Shown here: in pieces, positions 27,034-37,881 of the stretch
Layout of the letters: every line of letters starts with the position of its first letter
Numbering within the stretch: the stretch's first letter is position 1
Assembly (NCBI GenBank): GCA_018242445.1
Contig: JAFEBW010000050.1
Span: 35,044-99,043, forward strand
Length of the DNA stretch: 64,000 nucleotides
Direction: 5' to 3'
DNA from: Pseudomonadota bacterium
Lineage (GTDB): Bacteria; Pseudomonadota; Gammaproteobacteria; Xanthomonadales; Xanthomonadaceae
Program-made: the position numbers and the translations under genes
Notes under the pieces: model-generated
Told to the model about the DNA's origin: nothing
What the model saw: the letters and a program-made list of their open reading frames with translations, nothing else
Database searches by the model: none

Positions 27034-27531
27034 ATGCACGCGGCTTACCTCAGCCTCGGCAGCAACCTCGATCCCGAGCGCCATCTGCGCGCCGCCGCCA
27101 GCGCGTTGCGCGAACGTTTCGGAAGCGTGGTTTTCTCGAGTGTGCTGCGCACGCCGGCGGTCGGCTTCGACGGCCCGGATTTCCTCAATGCCGCGGCCAT
27201 CGTCCACACCGACTTGCAGCCGCAGGCGCTGGACGACTGGCTGCACGCGCTGGAAGCCGCGCACGGCCGCGACCGCAGCGCGCCGCGCTTCGCCTCGCGC
27301 ACGCTGGACATCGACATCGTGTTTTTCGACGACCGCGTGATCGCGTCCGCGCCCGGATCGCACCTGCAGATCCCGCGCCCGGAATTGCGCCATGCCTTCG
27401 TGCTGCAACCGCTGGCGCAGGTCGCGCCGGACTTCGTCGATCCGCTGTCCGGCCGCACGCTGGCGCAGCTGTGGGCGGCGCATCCGCAGCACGCCACGCC
27501 GCTGCCGGCATCGGCGCTGCGCTGGGACTGA
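27034..27531 (+). CDS. folK: 2-amino-4-hydroxy-6-hydroxymethyldihydropteridine diphosphokinase
   Basis: AYLSLGSNL...F.N....V.T.L.P..LL..L..IE...GR.R...R.ASRTLDIDI pattern. Confidence 0.9.
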   Translation: MHAAYLSLGSNLDPERHLRAAASALRERFGSVVFSSVLRTPAVGFDGPDFLNAAAIVHTDLQPQALDDWLHALEAAHGRDRSAPRFASRTLDIDIVFFDDRVIASAPGSHLQIPRPELRHAFVLQPLAQVAPDFVDPLSGRTLAQLWAAHPQHATPLPASALRWD

Positions 27532-27588
27532 CGCTCGCGGCGCATGTCGCCGGCGTATGATGCGCGCATTCCATCGGGAGTGGCCGCC

Positions 27589-28434
27589 ATGGGCAAGTTC
27601 GCGCGCAGTTGGCAGATGGTGAAGGCGAGCGCAGACGTGTTGCGTTCGGACAAGGAACTGCTGGTGTTCCCGCTGGTCTCGGCGGTTGCCACCCTCATCG
27701 TGGGAGTGAGCTTTTTCCTGCCGATGTGGGGCTCGGGCGCATTCGCGCACGCGCAGCAACACCAGCCGCTGCCGGCGCCGTACTACATCTGGATGTGCCT
27801 GTTCTACGTGGCGCAGTACACGGTGATCTTCTTCTGCAACACGGCGCTGGTCGGCGCGGCGCTGATCCGCCTCGACGGCGGCACGCCCACCCTCGCCGAC
27901 GGCTTTGCCATCGCCCGCCGCAAGATCGTGCCGATCCTCGGCTACGCGTTGATCGCCGCCACGGTGGGCATGATCCTGCGCGCGCTGGAACAACGCGCCG
28001 GCTTGTTCGGCAAGTTCGTGATCGGCCTGATCGGCGCGGCGTGGACGGTGGCCACCGCGATGGTGGTGCCGGTGCTGGTGGAGGAGGACGTCGGCCCGCT
28101 GGATGCGATCCGCGAAAGCGTCGAGCTGCTGCGCCGCAACTGGGGCGAGAACCTGATCGGCAACGGCGGCATCGGCATCGTGTTCGGCATCATCACCGCG
28201 GTCGTGCTGCTCGGCGGATTCGGCCTGTCGATCGCCCTCGTCAACGCCCACGTCACCACCCTGGCGATCGCACTGGGCATCGCCACCGTGATCGCCCTGC
28301 TCGTCGTGGGCCTGGTGCAGTCGGCGCTGACCGGCATCTATTCGGCGGCGTTGTACCGTTACGCCAGCACCGGCGAGGTGCCCGACGGCTACGACCAGAA
28401 CGCGTTTCAGGAAGCGTTCCGCGTCAAGGAGTGA
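27589..28434 (+). CDS. multi-pass membrane protein (DUF6159-like)
   Basis: MGKFARSWQMVKASADVLRSDKELLVFPL is followed by about 6 hydrophobic helices. The family call is from memory and is weak. Confidence 0.5.
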   Translation: MGKFARSWQMVKASADVLRSDKELLVFPLVSAVATLIVGVSFFLPMWGSGAFAHAQQHQPLPAPYYIWMCLFYVAQYTVIFFCNTALVGAALIRLDGGTPTLADGFAIARRKIVPILGYALIAATVGMILRALEQRAGLFGKFVIGLIGAAWTVATAMVVPVLVEEDVGPLDAIRESVELLRRNWGENLIGNGGIGIVFGIITAVVLLGGFGLSIALVNAHVTTLAIALGIATVIALLVVGLVQSALTGIYSAALYRYASTGEVPDGYDQNAFQEAFRVKE

Positions 28435-28486
28435 GGCTCGACGCCGCGCCCGCACACAGGTAGTGGTGCGTGACCCAACGACGCCC

Positions 28487-29149
28487 TCAGTCGTAGAGAG
28501 AGCCTTCGTCGAAATCGAAGGCCTTGCCGGCGGCGGATTCGACCGCGAACAGGTCGATCGCGGTGCGCGCCACCTGCCGGGTGTCGTACCAGGCATAGGC
28601 ACCCACGCCCATCGCGCCGATCACCGGCAGCCAGCGCGCGGCGCCGCGGGCGATGCCGCGTTCGCTCAGGCGCACGCCGATGCGGCGTGCGATCGCACGG
28701 ATCGCCGAGGAGCTGGCGGCGCGCACCAGCCAGCGCTCGCCCACGCGCACCGCGATGTCGCGGAAAGCCTGCGCGGCGGTGTGGCGGAACAGGCAGAACA
28801 GCATCTGCTCGCGGGTGAGCTGCCAGCGCCGGCCATAGGTGCCGGCGATGTCGGCGACCATCTGCGCCTGGATCTTCCAGATCGCGTACAGCTCCGGCAA
28901 CACGGTGAGCCAGCCCGCCACGCCCGGCGGCAGGGCCAGCGTGCCGGCCACCAGCGCCGCCTTGCGGCTGGCGGTCTCGCCGATCGCGCGGGCGCGCGTT
29001 TCCGGCGCGAGGCTGGCGGCCTCGGCGGTCTGCGGCAGATCCGAGAGCAACTGGATGATCGACTCGCCGATGCGCTCGGACACCGAGCGGGAACGGCCCT
29101 TGCGCGCCGGGATGTATTCGGTGGCCGTGGACGGATCGGGCATGGACAT
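28487..29149 (-). CDS. EcsC-family protein (putative)
   Basis: LALPPGVAGWLTVLPELYAIWKIQAQMVADIAGTYG resembles the EcsC core. Confidence 0.5.
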   Translation of the reverse strand: MSMPDPSTATEYIPARKGRSRSVSERIGESIIQLLSDLPQTAEAASLAPETRARAIGETASRKAALVAGTLALPPGVAGWLTVLPELYAIWKIQAQMVADIAGTYGRRWQLTREQMLFCLFRHTAAQAFRDIAVRVGERWLVRAASSSAIRAIARRIGVRLSERGIARGAARWLPVIGAMGVGAYAWYDTRQVARTAIDLFAVESAAGKAFDFDEGSLYD

Positions 29150-29282
29150 GCCGCCAGCATAACAGCATGCCCGCGACACTCCACGCCCCGCGCCCGCGAC
29201 GCATGGCGAATCAGCCACGACGCAGCGGCGGCATGGCGTCCATGTGCGCTCGTCGCATCCGCCCGGGATTGCCAACAGCCGA

Positions 29283-30023
29283 TCAGATCGTGAGCGAACG
29301 TCCGCCGTCCACCCGCAGCACTTCGCCGGTGGTGTAGCGCGCATCGCGAACCAGATACAGCGCGGCATCGGCGACGTCTTGCGGGTCGCCGGCACGCTTG
29401 AGCGCGGTGCTGTCGAGCAGCTTGTGCTGGCGCTCGTCGTCGACCCCGCTCTCCGGCCACAACACCACGCCCGGCGCGATCGCGTTCACCCGCACCTGCG
29501 GGCCCAGATCCTTGGCCAGCGCGCGGGTGAGCATCACCAGCGCGGCCTTGGCCATGCAGTAGATCGGGTGGTCGCGCAAAGGCCGTTGCGCGTACACGTC
29601 CACGAGGTTGACGATGCTCCCGCCGGTGGCGCGCAGGTGCGGCGCGGCAGCCTGCGAAAGAAAAAATGGCGCGCGCGCATTGGCGGCGAACAAGGCGTCC
29701 CACTGCTCCGCCGTCGCGTGACCGATCGGCGTCGGGAAAAACGCCGAAGCATTGTTGACCAGCACGTCGATGCGCGAAAAGCGCATCACCGTGTCGGCGA
29801 TCATCAAGGGCAAGGCGTCGAGGTCGGCCAGTTCGGCGCGCAGTTCCAGCGTGCTGCCGGCGCGCCGCGATTCCAGTTCGGCCAGCAGCGCGTCCATGCG
29901 GTCGTCGTCGCGGCGATGATGCAGGGCGAGGTCGTAGCCGGCCGCGTGCAGGCGGCGGGCGATGGCCGCACCGATCCGGCGCGAGGCGCCGGTGATCAGG
30001 GCGACGGGACGGGATGCATCCAT
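29283..30023 (-). CDS. short-chain dehydrogenase, pteridine reductase-like
   Basis: It has TGASRRIG (NADP binding) and YCMAKAAL (YxxxK), and lies near folB/folK. Confidence 0.8.
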   Translation of the reverse strand: MDASRPVALITGASRRIGAAIARRLHAAGYDLALHHRRDDDRMDALLAELESRRAGSTLELRAELADLDALPLMIADTVMRFSRIDVLVNNASAFFPTPIGHATAEQWDALFAANARAPFFLSQAAAPHLRATGGSIVNLVDVYAQRPLRDHPIYCMAKAALVMLTRALAKDLGPQVRVNAIAPGVVLWPESGVDDERQHKLLDSTALKRAGDPQDVADAALYLVRDARYTTGEVLRVDGGRSLTI

Positions 30024-30129
30024 GCGCGAAAGTCCTGCAGGTTGCGTGCGCGGCCATCTACCGGCCGCGGGCGCACGCCTCCCGCAGCCGACGCGACGAC
30101 ATCGGCTGCGGGGGCCGAAGGCCGATGGA

Positions 30130-30603
30130 TCAATGCTCCGGGGCGCGCTGCCAGGTCTGGCTGCGACCGATCCAGGAGAAGCCGAGGTAGCCGCGCACGA
30201 TCAGGCTGTGGCCGCCATTGCTCAGGGTCAGCTTGGCCTTGTAAGGGTCCTCGTTGTTGCCCGGCTTCTGCGGGTCGAAGATGCGCCCGCCCGTCCACTG
30301 GTCGCCATCCTTCTCGAAGCCCCACATGATCACCAGCCCCTTGATCTTGTGGTTGTGCAGGCTGCCGGTGCACTTGTCGCACACCGGGTCGGGATCCTTG
30401 CCGGGCTCTGGATAAACCTCGATCACCTGCCCTGACAGCTTGCCGTTCGCCTCGTAGATCTTCACCAGCGACTTGACCCGGCCGGTCTTGTCGTCGACCG
30501 TCTTCCAGGTGCCGATGGGCGAGGCCAGATCCTCGGCCAGGGTGGTCGCACAGGCGGCCACGCCGAGCAGTCCGGCGGCGGCGATCAACACGAGCTTGCG
30601 CAT
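30130..30603 (-). CDS. DUF2147 domain protein, secreted
   Basis: It has a signal peptide. GTWKTVDDKTG..KSLVKIYE..GKL.G.V and G.I.DP..G..Y are typical of DUF2147. Confidence 0.75.
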   Translation of the reverse strand: MRKLVLIAAAGLLGVAACATTLAEDLASPIGTWKTVDDKTGRVKSLVKIYEANGKLSGQVIEVYPEPGKDPDPVCDKCTGSLHNHKIKGLVIMWGFEKDGDQWTGGRIFDPQKPGNNEDPYKAKLTLSNGGHSLIVRGYLGFSWIGRSQTWQRAPEH

Positions 30604-30747
30604 GGTGCTTCTCCGGTTGGGATGGGTCGCTGTCCGATGATAGTAGCGCGTCCGTCGGCCAATGCGCGGCCTGCGTCACGAATCGCGCAAGGCTTCGCGC
30701 CAGCCCTTGCGCATGCTTCAATAAGGGATTGCCTTGCGCACTTGCAC

Positions 30748-31935
30748 ATGCACCCGGCCTCCCACCTGCCCTTGCCCGATGCCGCGGCGCTCGCGCACAG
30801 CGCACGCCTGAGCGCGTTGATCGGCGAAGCGATCGCGCAGGCCGGCGGCGCGCTGCCGTTCTGGCGCTACATGGAGCTGGCCCTGTACGCGCCCGGACTG
30901 GGCTATTACAGCGCCGGAGCGCGCAAGTTCGGCCCCGAAGGCGACTTCGTCACCGCGCCGGAACTGGGTGGCCTGTTCGCGCGCTGCGTGGCCGACGCGG
31001 TCGCACCGGCGCTGCACGAGATCGGGCCCGACGCGGTGTTCTTCGAGTTGGGCGGCGGCAGCGGCGCGTTCGCGCAACAGGCCTTGTTGCGGCTCGCGCA
31101 GATCGACGCGCTGCCGGCGCGCTACGCGATCCTCGAACCTTCCGCCGACCTGCGCCAGCGTCAGCGCGAACGCCTGCATGCGCGCCTGCCAGCCGAGCTC
31201 GCCGCGCGCGTGGAATGGGTCGATGCGCCGCCGCAAGAAAACTGGGAAGGCGTGCTGTTCGCCAACGAAGTGCTCGACGCCCTGCCGACCTCGCGCTTTT
31301 CCATCGCGGACGGGCAGGTGCTGGAACTATGCGTCGGCCGCGACGAAACCGGCTCCTTGAAATGGACGGCGCGGCCGGCCGATGCCCTGCTGGCTCACGC
31401 CATCCGCCACCTCCAGCGCGGCCTGCCGGAACGCTTGCCGGAAGGTTACCGTTCCGAGGTGCTGCCGCAATTGCCGTACTGGATCGATGCGGTGGCCGGC
31501 ATGTTGCGGCGTGGCGCGATGCTGTTCGTGGACTATGGCCATCCACGGCGTGAGTTCTATCGGGCCGGACGCGACGACGGTACCCTGATGTGCCACTACC
31601 GCCAGCACGCGCACGCCGACCCCTTCCTGTGGCCGGGCTTGCAGGACATCACCGCATCGGTGGATTTCACCGCGCTGGCCGAGGCCGGCACGCGGATCGG
31701 TTTCGAGCTGGCCGGCTACTGCGCGCAGGCGCAATTCCTGCTCGGCAACGGTTTGGGCGAGGCGATGCAGGAGGCGCAGGGCTTGCCGGATGTCGCACGC
31801 CTGCAACGGGTGCAGGAAGCCCGACGCCTGACCTCGCCGGAAGCCATGGGCGAGCGTTTTGCCGCGATGGGTTTCCAGCGCGGCGTGGATTTCGAGCCGG
31901 CGTTCGCGTTCGGCGATCTGAGCGGGAGGCTGTGA
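30748..31935 (+). CDS. class I SAM-dependent methyltransferase (DUF185/MidA/NDUFAF7-like)
   Basis: FWRYMELALYAPGLGYYSAG...GDFVTAPE...ELGGGSG...ANEVLDALP. Confidence 0.8.
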   Translation: MHPASHLPLPDAAALAHSARLSALIGEAIAQAGGALPFWRYMELALYAPGLGYYSAGARKFGPEGDFVTAPELGGLFARCVADAVAPALHEIGPDAVFFELGGGSGAFAQQALLRLAQIDALPARYAILEPSADLRQRQRERLHARLPAELAARVEWVDAPPQENWEGVLFANEVLDALPTSRFSIADGQVLELCVGRDETGSLKWTARPADALLAHAIRHLQRGLPERLPEGYRSEVLPQLPYWIDAVAGMLRRGAMLFVDYGHPRREFYRAGRDDGTLMCHYRQHAHADPFLWPGLQDITASVDFTALAEAGTRIGFELAGYCAQAQFLLGNGLGEAMQEAQGLPDVARLQRVQEARRLTSPEAMGERFAAMGFQRGVDFEPAFAFGDLSGRL

Positions 31936-31937
31936 GG

Positions 31938-32318
31938 ATGCGTTCGTTCCGTTATCCGCAGGTGTGGCTTGCCATCTGGATGGCGATGGTCGTCGGCACG
32001 ATCGTGCTCTCGTTGATGCCCGGGCCGCCGATTCCCCACGAGCTCACCATCGGCAAGTTCGACCACGGATTCGCTTACTTTTGCCTGGCGGCGATGGGCG
32101 TGCAGGTGTTGTCGGATCGGCGCGGCTGGATCGGCGCGGCGATCGTGTTCGGCCTGCTCGGCATCGCACTGGAACTGGCGCAGGGCTTCTTGACCACGAC
32201 GCGCCACATGTCCGCCTACGACGCGATGATCGACTGCATCGGCGCAGCCATCGGTCTGGCAACCGGCTGGACGCCGCTGCGCGACGTGGTGCACTGGATC
32301 GATACGCGGCTGCCGTGA
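31938..32318 (+). CDS. VanZ-like small membrane protein
   Basis: It has four predicted TM segments, and DKFDHGFAYFCL and LELAQ motifs resemble VanZ. Confidence 0.5.
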   Translation: MRSFRYPQVWLAIWMAMVVGTIVLSLMPGPPIPHELTIGKFDHGFAYFCLAAMGVQVLSDRRGWIGAAIVFGLLGIALELAQGFLTTTRHMSAYDAMIDCIGAAIGLATGWTPLRDVVHWIDTRLP

Positions 32319-32343
32319 AGCCGCAGCGCAGATCGGCAACGCC

Positions 32344-33570
32344 CTATCGAGGCGGTCGTGCCGCCGCGATCGCCGCGATGCGTGCCGCCCGCAGGCGCAC
32401 GCCCACCTCCGGGCCGGCGACGCCCTGCGCCACGAGGGTGCCGGCATGCACCGCGCAGGCCGCGCGATGCAGCGCACGCAAGGTATCGGCCTGCGGATAG
32501 GCGCTGTCGTGCAGGCCCAGCCGGCCGCGCTTGTCGGCCTCGCACGCCACGGCCATGCGCTCGATGATCTCCGGCTTGCGGAAGCCGTCGCAGCGGGCGA
32601 TCAGATCGTGCACGGTGGCGTCGCGCAGTTCGTCGATGCGATGCACGTTGAGGTGTTCGCGGCACACCGCCACCGCCAGTTCGCGGTGCGCGGACGGCAC
32701 CTTCAGGCGTTCGCACAGCGTCGCCAGCGGTTTCAGCCCGGCCTGCTCGTGGCCCAGGTGGCGCGGCAGGACGTGCGCAGGCGTGAGCGCCTTGCCGAGG
32801 TCGTGGGTGAGCGCGGCGAAGGCCACCAGCCCATCGCCCGGCGCGAGCCGCGCGGCCATGTCGCTGACCATCATCTGGTGGATGCCGGTGTCCACTTCGG
32901 GATGGAACTCGACCCGCGCCGGCACGCCGAACAGCGCGTCCACTTCCGGCAGCACCCGCGCCAGCGCGCCGCAGTCGCGCAAGGTGGACAGGAAGGCCGA
33001 AGGCCGCGCTTCGACGAGCGCGCGCGACAGCTCCTGCCAGACGCGCTCGGGCACCAGATGGTCGATCTCGCCTTCGGCGACCATCGCGCGCATCAGCAGC
33101 AACGTCTCCGGCACAACCGAAAAACCCAGCGGCGCCAAGCGCGCCATGAAGCGCGCAGCGCGCAGGACACGCACCGGATCTTCGACGAATGCAGCAGACA
33201 CATGCCGCAGCACGCGCGCCTGGATGTCGCGCACGCCGCCGAACGGATCGATCAGCGCACCGTTCTCGTCCTGCGCGATGGCATTGATGGTGAAGTCGCG
33301 GCGCGCCAGATCCTCCTCCAGCGTCACCGCCGCATCGGCATCCACGACGAAGCCGCGATAACCGCGCCCGGACTTGCGCTCGGTGCGCGCCAGCGCGTAT
33401 TCCTCGTGGGTGTGCGGGTGCAGGAACACCGGGAAATCGCGGCCGACCGGCTTGAAACCACGTTCGAGCATCTGCGCGGGCGTGGCCCCGACCACCACGA
33501 AATCGCGGTCGCCATGCGCACGCCCGAGCAAGCCGTCGCGCACCGCGCCGCCGACGAGGTAGGTTTTCAT
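32344..33570 (-). CDS. cca: multifunctional CCA-adding enzyme / 2'-nucleotidase-phosphatase
   Basis: [26 protein letters not shown]...RTERK...HD domain (HDLGK). Confidence 0.92.
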   Translation of the reverse strand: MKTYLVGGAVRDGLLGRAHGDRDFVVVGATPAQMLERGFKPVGRDFPVFLHPHTHEEYALARTERKSGRGYRGFVVDADAAVTLEEDLARRDFTINAIAQDENGALIDPFGGVRDIQARVLRHVSAAFVEDPVRVLRAARFMARLAPLGFSVVPETLLLMRAMVAEGEIDHLVPERVWQELSRALVEARPSAFLSTLRDCGALARVLPEVDALFGVPARVEFHPEVDTGIHQMMVSDMAARLAPGDGLVAFAALTHDLGKALTPAHVLPRHLGHEQAGLKPLATLCERLKVPSAHRELAVAVCREHLNVHRIDELRDATVHDLIARCDGFRKPEIIERMAVACEADKRGRLGLHDSAYPQADTLRALHRAACAVHAGTLVAQGVAGPEVGVRLRAARIAAIAAARPPR

Positions 33571-33607
33571 CGCGCGTACTGTGAGGGACGCATGCCCGGG
33601 ATGTTCC

Positions 33608-33895
33608 TCATGCAACCTTGAGTACCAATTGCTTGCCGCACGCATCGGCGTACTTGCGGAGCGTGGCGAGGGAAGGCGAATGCTTGCCGGTAGCCAATGC
33701 GCGCTCGAGGCGGGCAATCGCCGGCGCGTGGGTGCCCATGCGCGCGGCTACCTCCGCTTGGGACAGCCCCGCCTCATGACGCGCCTTGAGCAGCGCATCC
33801 AGAAGCTCGCCTTCCTCGCGCTCTATGCGCTCGACTTCAGCGCGGACTGCGGGGCGGCGCAGGAGTGCCTTGACGAGCTGATCATGGCTTTTCAT
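33608..33895 (-). CDS. XRE-family HTH antitoxin (HigA-like)
   Basis: The 95-aa product has [21 protein letters not shown] and overlaps the upstream toxin ORF by 14 nt. Confidence 0.8.
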   Translation of the reverse strand: MKSHDQLVKALLRRPAVRAEVERIEREEGELLDALLKARHEAGLSQAEVAARMGTHAPAIARLERALATGKHSPSLATLRKYADACGKQLVLKVA

Positions 33896-34214
33896 GTTTG
33901 CGCTCCTTCATCCTCGATGTGGCAAGTTTCAGGTCGCCCGACGGCGTCTTGTCGGATTTCTTGACGAACCCGTGCAGCATGACGATGCGCTTGCCGACGA
34001 GCGTGCAATAAAAGACGCGCGCGATGCCTTCGGCAGCTTTGAGTCGCAACTCGAACAAACCTTGCCCGAAGGTTTTGGTATGCGGCTCGCCCAGGTTCGG
34101 GCCGAGCGCCTGCATGCGACGGGTCAGGACGATATAGCGAGCGGCCAGCGTGTCAGGCAGAGCGAGGATGTCGTCCTGCACGGATTGATTGAAATACTCG
34201 ATCCGGTAGTCCAT
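33882..34214 (-). CDS. RelE/ParE-superfamily toxin (HigB / phage Gp49-like)
   Basis: The 110-aa product has LGEPHTKTFGQGLFELRLKAAEGIARVFYCTLVGKRIVMLHGFVKKSDKTP, typical of Gp49/HigB-type toxins that lie upstream of their antitoxin. Confidence 0.8.
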   Translation of the reverse strand: MDYRIEYFNQSVQDDILALPDTLAARYIVLTRRMQALGPNLGEPHTKTFGQGLFELRLKAAEGIARVFYCTLVGKRIVMLHGFVKKSDKTPSGDLKLATSRMKERKHEKP

Positions 34215-34244
34215 GCGCGACAGTAACAAATATGTTCACGTCAA

Positions 34245-34254
34245 GCAAGCTTGC
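34245..34254. promoter_or_regulatory. perfect 10-bp palindrome GCAAGCTTGC upstream of the TA pair (possible operator)
   Basis: Read directly. It lies about 30 nt upstream of the toxin ATG, with an AACA-N4-TGTT element at 34226-34237. Confidence 0.25.
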
Positions 34255-34325
34255 GTCACGCCCCTCAAACGGTGGAAGCGGCCACAACAACCTGACCGGA
34301 AAACGAAGGGCAGCGGTTGTTCCCA

Positions 34326-35270
34326 TCAGCCGATCTTCTGCCACGCCATCGCCGATGCGCCGGTTGGCGGCAGCAGCCAGTGGTCGATCAGCAGGAAGGC
34401 GAACAGCGCCATCAGATAGACGATGGAATAGCGGAACATCGCCATCGCGAACAATTCGCCGGGCGGTTTGAGCATGCGGATCGCGTAATACAGAAACGCC
34501 GCGTCGAGCACCAGCGCGCCGCCGAGATAGAACACGCCGCTCATGCCGGTCGCCCACGGCAGGATCGTCACGATGGTCAGCAGGATCGTGTAGAACAGCA
34601 TCTGCCAGCGGGTGAATTCCACGCCGTGGGTGACCGGCAGCATCGGCACCATCGCCCGCGCGTAGTCGTCGCGGCGGAAGATCGCCAGCGCCCAGAAGTG
34701 CGGCGGCGTCCACACGAACACGATCAGCACCAGCAGCAACGCATGCGGATGCAACTGGCCGGTGATGGCGGTCCAGCCCAGCGCCGGCGGCGCCGCGCCG
34801 GCCAGCCCGCCGATCACGATGTTCTGCGGGGTGGCACGCTTGAGGAAGACCGTGTAGATGACCGCGTAACCGATCATCGAAGCGAAGGTGAGCGCGGCGG
34901 TCAGGGCGTTCACCCAGACCGCGAGCACGGCCATCGAGGCAGCCGCCAGCGCCAGCGCGAAGGCCAGCGCACGGCCGGGCGTGATCTGCCCGACCACGAT
35001 CGGCCGCCACGAGGTGCGCGTCATCTTGGCGTCGATGCGCGCATCCAGCAGTTGATTGATCGCCGCTGCCGAAGCCGCGGCCAGCCAGATGCCGAGGAAA
35101 CCCAGCAGCGCCGGCCGCAGCGGTGGCAGGGTCGGCGGCGGGATCGGCGTACCGGGCGCGGTTTCCGGGCGCGCCAGCAACATGCCGATGGCGGCGGTGA
35201 ACACGATCAGCGCCACCACCCGCGGCTTGGTGAGCTGCCAATACTGGCGCGCGGTCGCAGCGATACTCAC
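34326..35270 (-). CDS. cyoE: protoheme IX farnesyltransferase (heme O synthase)
   Basis: [10 protein letters not shown]...[18 protein letters not shown]...[12 protein letters not shown]. The GTG start overlaps the ctaA stop (GTGA). Confidence 0.92.
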   Translation of the reverse strand: MSIAATARQYWQLTKPRVVALIVFTAAIGMLLARPETAPGTPIPPPTLPPLRPALLGFLGIWLAAASAAAINQLLDARIDAKMTRTSWRPIVVGQITPGRALAFALALAAASMAVLAVWVNALTAALTFASMIGYAVIYTVFLKRATPQNIVIGGLAGAAPPALGWTAITGQLHPHALLLVLIVFVWTPPHFWALAIFRRDDYARAMVPMLPVTHGVEFTRWQMLFYTILLTIVTILPWATGMSGVFYLGGALVLDAAFLYYAIRMLKPPGELFAMAMFRYSIVYLMALFAFLLIDHWLLPPTGASAMAWQKIG

Positions 35271-36421
35271 GGAGGGGCATCCGCCACGGCTGGCGGCGAG
35301 CGCAGACGCGCCAGCAGGCTCACCACCGTGAACAGCAGCAGGGCCGCGCCGGCGTTGTGCGCCACCGCCACCGGCAAGGGCAGCGAGAACATCACGTTGG
35401 CGATGCCCAACGAAATCTGCGTCAGCAACAACATCGCCAGCAACCCGCCCCAGCCGCGCAGCCCCGGGGTGCGCAGCAGGCGCACGCCGACCGCGCCGAG
35501 GTGCCCGAGCACGAGGAAGGCGACGATGCGATGGGTGAGCTGGATCGCCACCCGCGCGGGGTTGTCGAGCACGCCGCCGGAGTAGTCCACCCCGAAGCCG
35601 CGCCAGAGGATGAAGCCCTGATGGAAGTCGGCGTGCGGCCACCACGCGCCGAGGCACTTGGGGAACTGCGCGCCGCAGGCCCAGGCCGCGTAGTTGGAGC
35701 TCGTCCAGCCGCCGAGCGCGATCTGCAGCACGAGCAGACCGAATCCGATCCACAGCAGCCGCCGCAGCTTCGGCGCACCGGCCAGGGTCAGCCACGCGCC
35801 GGGGGTGGCGCGCCACGCCATCGCCACCAGCAGGGCGAAGGTCGCCAGCCCGCCGAGCAGGTGGCCGGTCACCACGATGGGCATCACCAGCCAGGTCACC
35901 GTCCACTGCCCGAGCAGCGCCTGGAAGACCACCGTCGCCAGCGTCAGTGCGGCCAGCCGCGCCGTGGTTTCATTCGCCGCGCGGCAAGCCATTCGCAACA
36001 ACAAGGCTTCGCCGAGGAGCGCCACCACGCCGGCGGCGACGTGCGCGCCTTGCATGTAGGCGAACACCGACAGCGCCACCGCGATGCTCGCCGTGGCCAC
36101 CTCGGCGATGCCGTTGCGCTGCCGGCGCACCGCCACCAACGCCAGCACCAGAACCAGCACGCCCAGCGTGCCGGCGAGCATGCGATGCACCTGCTCGCGC
36201 CACGCCAGCGCGGCCTCGTAAGGCCGCCCGGGGAAGGCCTGATCGGCGCGCACCACGTCGTGCGCCTGCGTCGGCCACGCCGCGTGGCCGTAGCAGGTGG
36301 GCCAGTCGGGGCAGCTCAGCCCGGCCTGCGACAGGCGCACGAAGGCGCCGAACACGATCAGACCCAGCGCGAAGGCGGCGGCCAGCCAGGCCAGCCGATG
36401 GAAATGGCGATGCGACGTCAT
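35267..36421 (-). CDS. ctaA: heme A synthase (COX15/CtaA)
   Basis: It is a multi-pass membrane protein with [12 protein letters not shown] and HR..A motifs, in the cox cluster. Confidence 0.88.
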   Translation of the reverse strand: MTSHRHFHRLAWLAAAFALGLIVFGAFVRLSQAGLSCPDWPTCYGHAAWPTQAHDVVRADQAFPGRPYEAALAWREQVHRMLAGTLGVLVLVLALVAVRRQRNGIAEVATASIAVALSVFAYMQGAHVAAGVVALLGEALLLRMACRAANETTARLAALTLATVVFQALLGQWTVTWLVMPIVVTGHLLGGLATFALLVAMAWRATPGAWLTLAGAPKLRRLLWIGFGLLVLQIALGGWTSSNYAAWACGAQFPKCLGAWWPHADFHQGFILWRGFGVDYSGGVLDNPARVAIQLTHRIVAFLVLGHLGAVGVRLLRTPGLRGWGGLLAMLLLTQISLGIANVMFSLPLPVAVAHNAGAALLLFTVVSLLARLRSPPAVADAPP

Positions 36422-36473
36422 GGGCTGTATTTTACCGGCAGCGGGTTCGGGATCGACGCAAGCGCGCGACCGC

Positions 36474-37040
36474 TCACATGCCCGGCTGCTTGATCAGCAG
36501 CAGCACGTCGCGGCGCAGCTTTTCCGGATCGAAGCCCGGCCCGTAGCGCATGAACAGGTAGCCCGTCGGATCGACGAGGTACACGGGGATGGCGTCGGGG
36601 CGGCTCGCGTCCGGCAGGTGCGCGCCCAGGCCGGCGTCGGCGGCGACCACGACGAGGTTGCGGAAACCGTGCGTCGGCGGCGCACCCACCCACAGCACCT
36701 GCACGCGATCGGCATGGTTGCCCAGGCCCACCCAGATCCGGTCGAGGGTGTCCTCGAGGCGGTCGCAGGCCCCGCCGCAATCGCGTGGCGCGGCGACCAG
36801 CAGCCGCCAGACGTGGTCTTCGTGGTTGAACACGAACGCGCCGCCATCCGCGCGAGTGAAGCGCACCGGCCGCAAGTCGCGCACCGGCTTGAGCAACTGC
36901 CCGTAATTGCGCGTGCGGGTGGGTTGCCACTGGCTGTAGTACAGCACCATCGCCACCGCCAGCGGGGCGAGGAAGATGGCGAACACCAGCAACAACACCA
37001 GCCGCGAGCGGGTGCGGCCGGGCACGGGCGCGCTTGCCAT
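36474..37040 (-). CDS. membrane-anchored thioredoxin-fold/SCO-like protein of the cox cluster (putative)
   Basis: It has an N-terminal TM helix and a CGGAC (CxxxC) motif. Its start overlaps the SURF1 stop (TGATG). The family call is tentative. Confidence 0.45.
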   Translation of the reverse strand: MASAPVPGRTRSRLVLLLVFAIFLAPLAVAMVLYYSQWQPTRTRNYGQLLKPVRDLRPVRFTRADGGAFVFNHEDHVWRLLVAAPRDCGGACDRLEDTLDRIWVGLGNHADRVQVLWVGAPPTHGFRNLVVVAADAGLGAHLPDASRPDAIPVYLVDPTGYLFMRYGPGFDPEKLRRDVLLLIKQPGM

Positions 37041-37798
37041 CAGGCCTTGCCCCCTTCAGGCGTGCGGGCTTCGCGCCAGTAACGTCGCGACACCACGATG
37101 GTGACCACGCCCAGCGCGATCGCCAAGCCGAACCACTGCACCGCATAGGCGCGGTGCGCGGCCGGCGGCAAGGTGCCGCTGAGCACTTGCAGGTCGCGCT
37201 TGTAGCCGACCTTCATGCCGGTATCCAGGATCAGCACGCGCGGCGCCAGGCCATTCTTGAGCTTGAGCGCATCGGCGATCTTGTCGGGCGTGATCCGCAT
37301 CAGCAGCAGCGAACCGTCTTTCGCCGGCACGATCTTTTCCGGGCCGAGCTTGAGCCCGCCCACAGGCGGCGGCGCGAGCAGGCCGCGGACCTGGGTCACA
37401 TCCGGCGGCGCGGGTTCTGGCGGCATCTCCTGCCGCGAGGGCAGCGCTCGCCAGCCCAGCTCGACGAGGATCGCGTGCTGCGCGCCGTCGGGCTGGAACA
37501 CGCGGTACACGCGGATGCCGGCCACGCCGTTGCGGATCTGGTTGTCCAGCCGGATCGGCGGCAGCGGCAGGAAGTGTCCGCCGCCGACGGTCCACTCGTA
37601 GGCATCCGCCTCGTTCGCCTGATCCTGCGCGTCGGCCGCGGCATACAGCACGTCGGGCCTGCGCTCGGACACGACCTGCCGGCTGTGCGCGAGCAGGCGC
37701 TCCTTGTAGTGCGCGCGATCGACCTGCCACAGGCCCAGCCGCACGAATGCGACGATCATCGCGATCGACAGCAGCAGCAACAGGATGCGCCGGGTCAC
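37040..37798 (-). CDS. SURF1-family cytochrome oxidase assembly protein
   Basis: It has the N-terminal TM segment plus RLGLWQVDRAHYKE and the C-terminal HR.YA.QWFGLA motif. Confidence 0.85.
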   Translation of the reverse strand: MTRRILLLLLSIAMIVAFVRLGLWQVDRAHYKERLLAHSRQVVSERRPDVLYAAADAQDQANEADAYEWTVGGGHFLPLPPIRLDNQIRNGVAGIRVYRVFQPDGAQHAILVELGWRALPSRQEMPPEPAPPDVTQVRGLLAPPPVGGLKLGPEKIVPAKDGSLLLMRITPDKIADALKLKNGLAPRVLILDTGMKVGYKRDLQVLSGTLPPAAHRAYAVQWFGLAIALGVVTIVVSRRYWREARTPEGGKA

Positions 37799-37881
37799 GC
37801 GGGCATCCCCCGCCCACGCATGCGCAAGCCGACGGCGTCGCGCGATAATGCGCCCATCGCGGCCATCAACGGAACCACGCC

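Noticed and set aside
34326-35906. 526-aa ORF extending cyoE upstream into ctaA.
   Set aside because: The N-terminal 212 residues are Arg/Ala/Gly-rich read-through in an alternative frame of ctaA. A GTG at 35270 overlapping the ctaA stop gives a normal-length heme O synthase.
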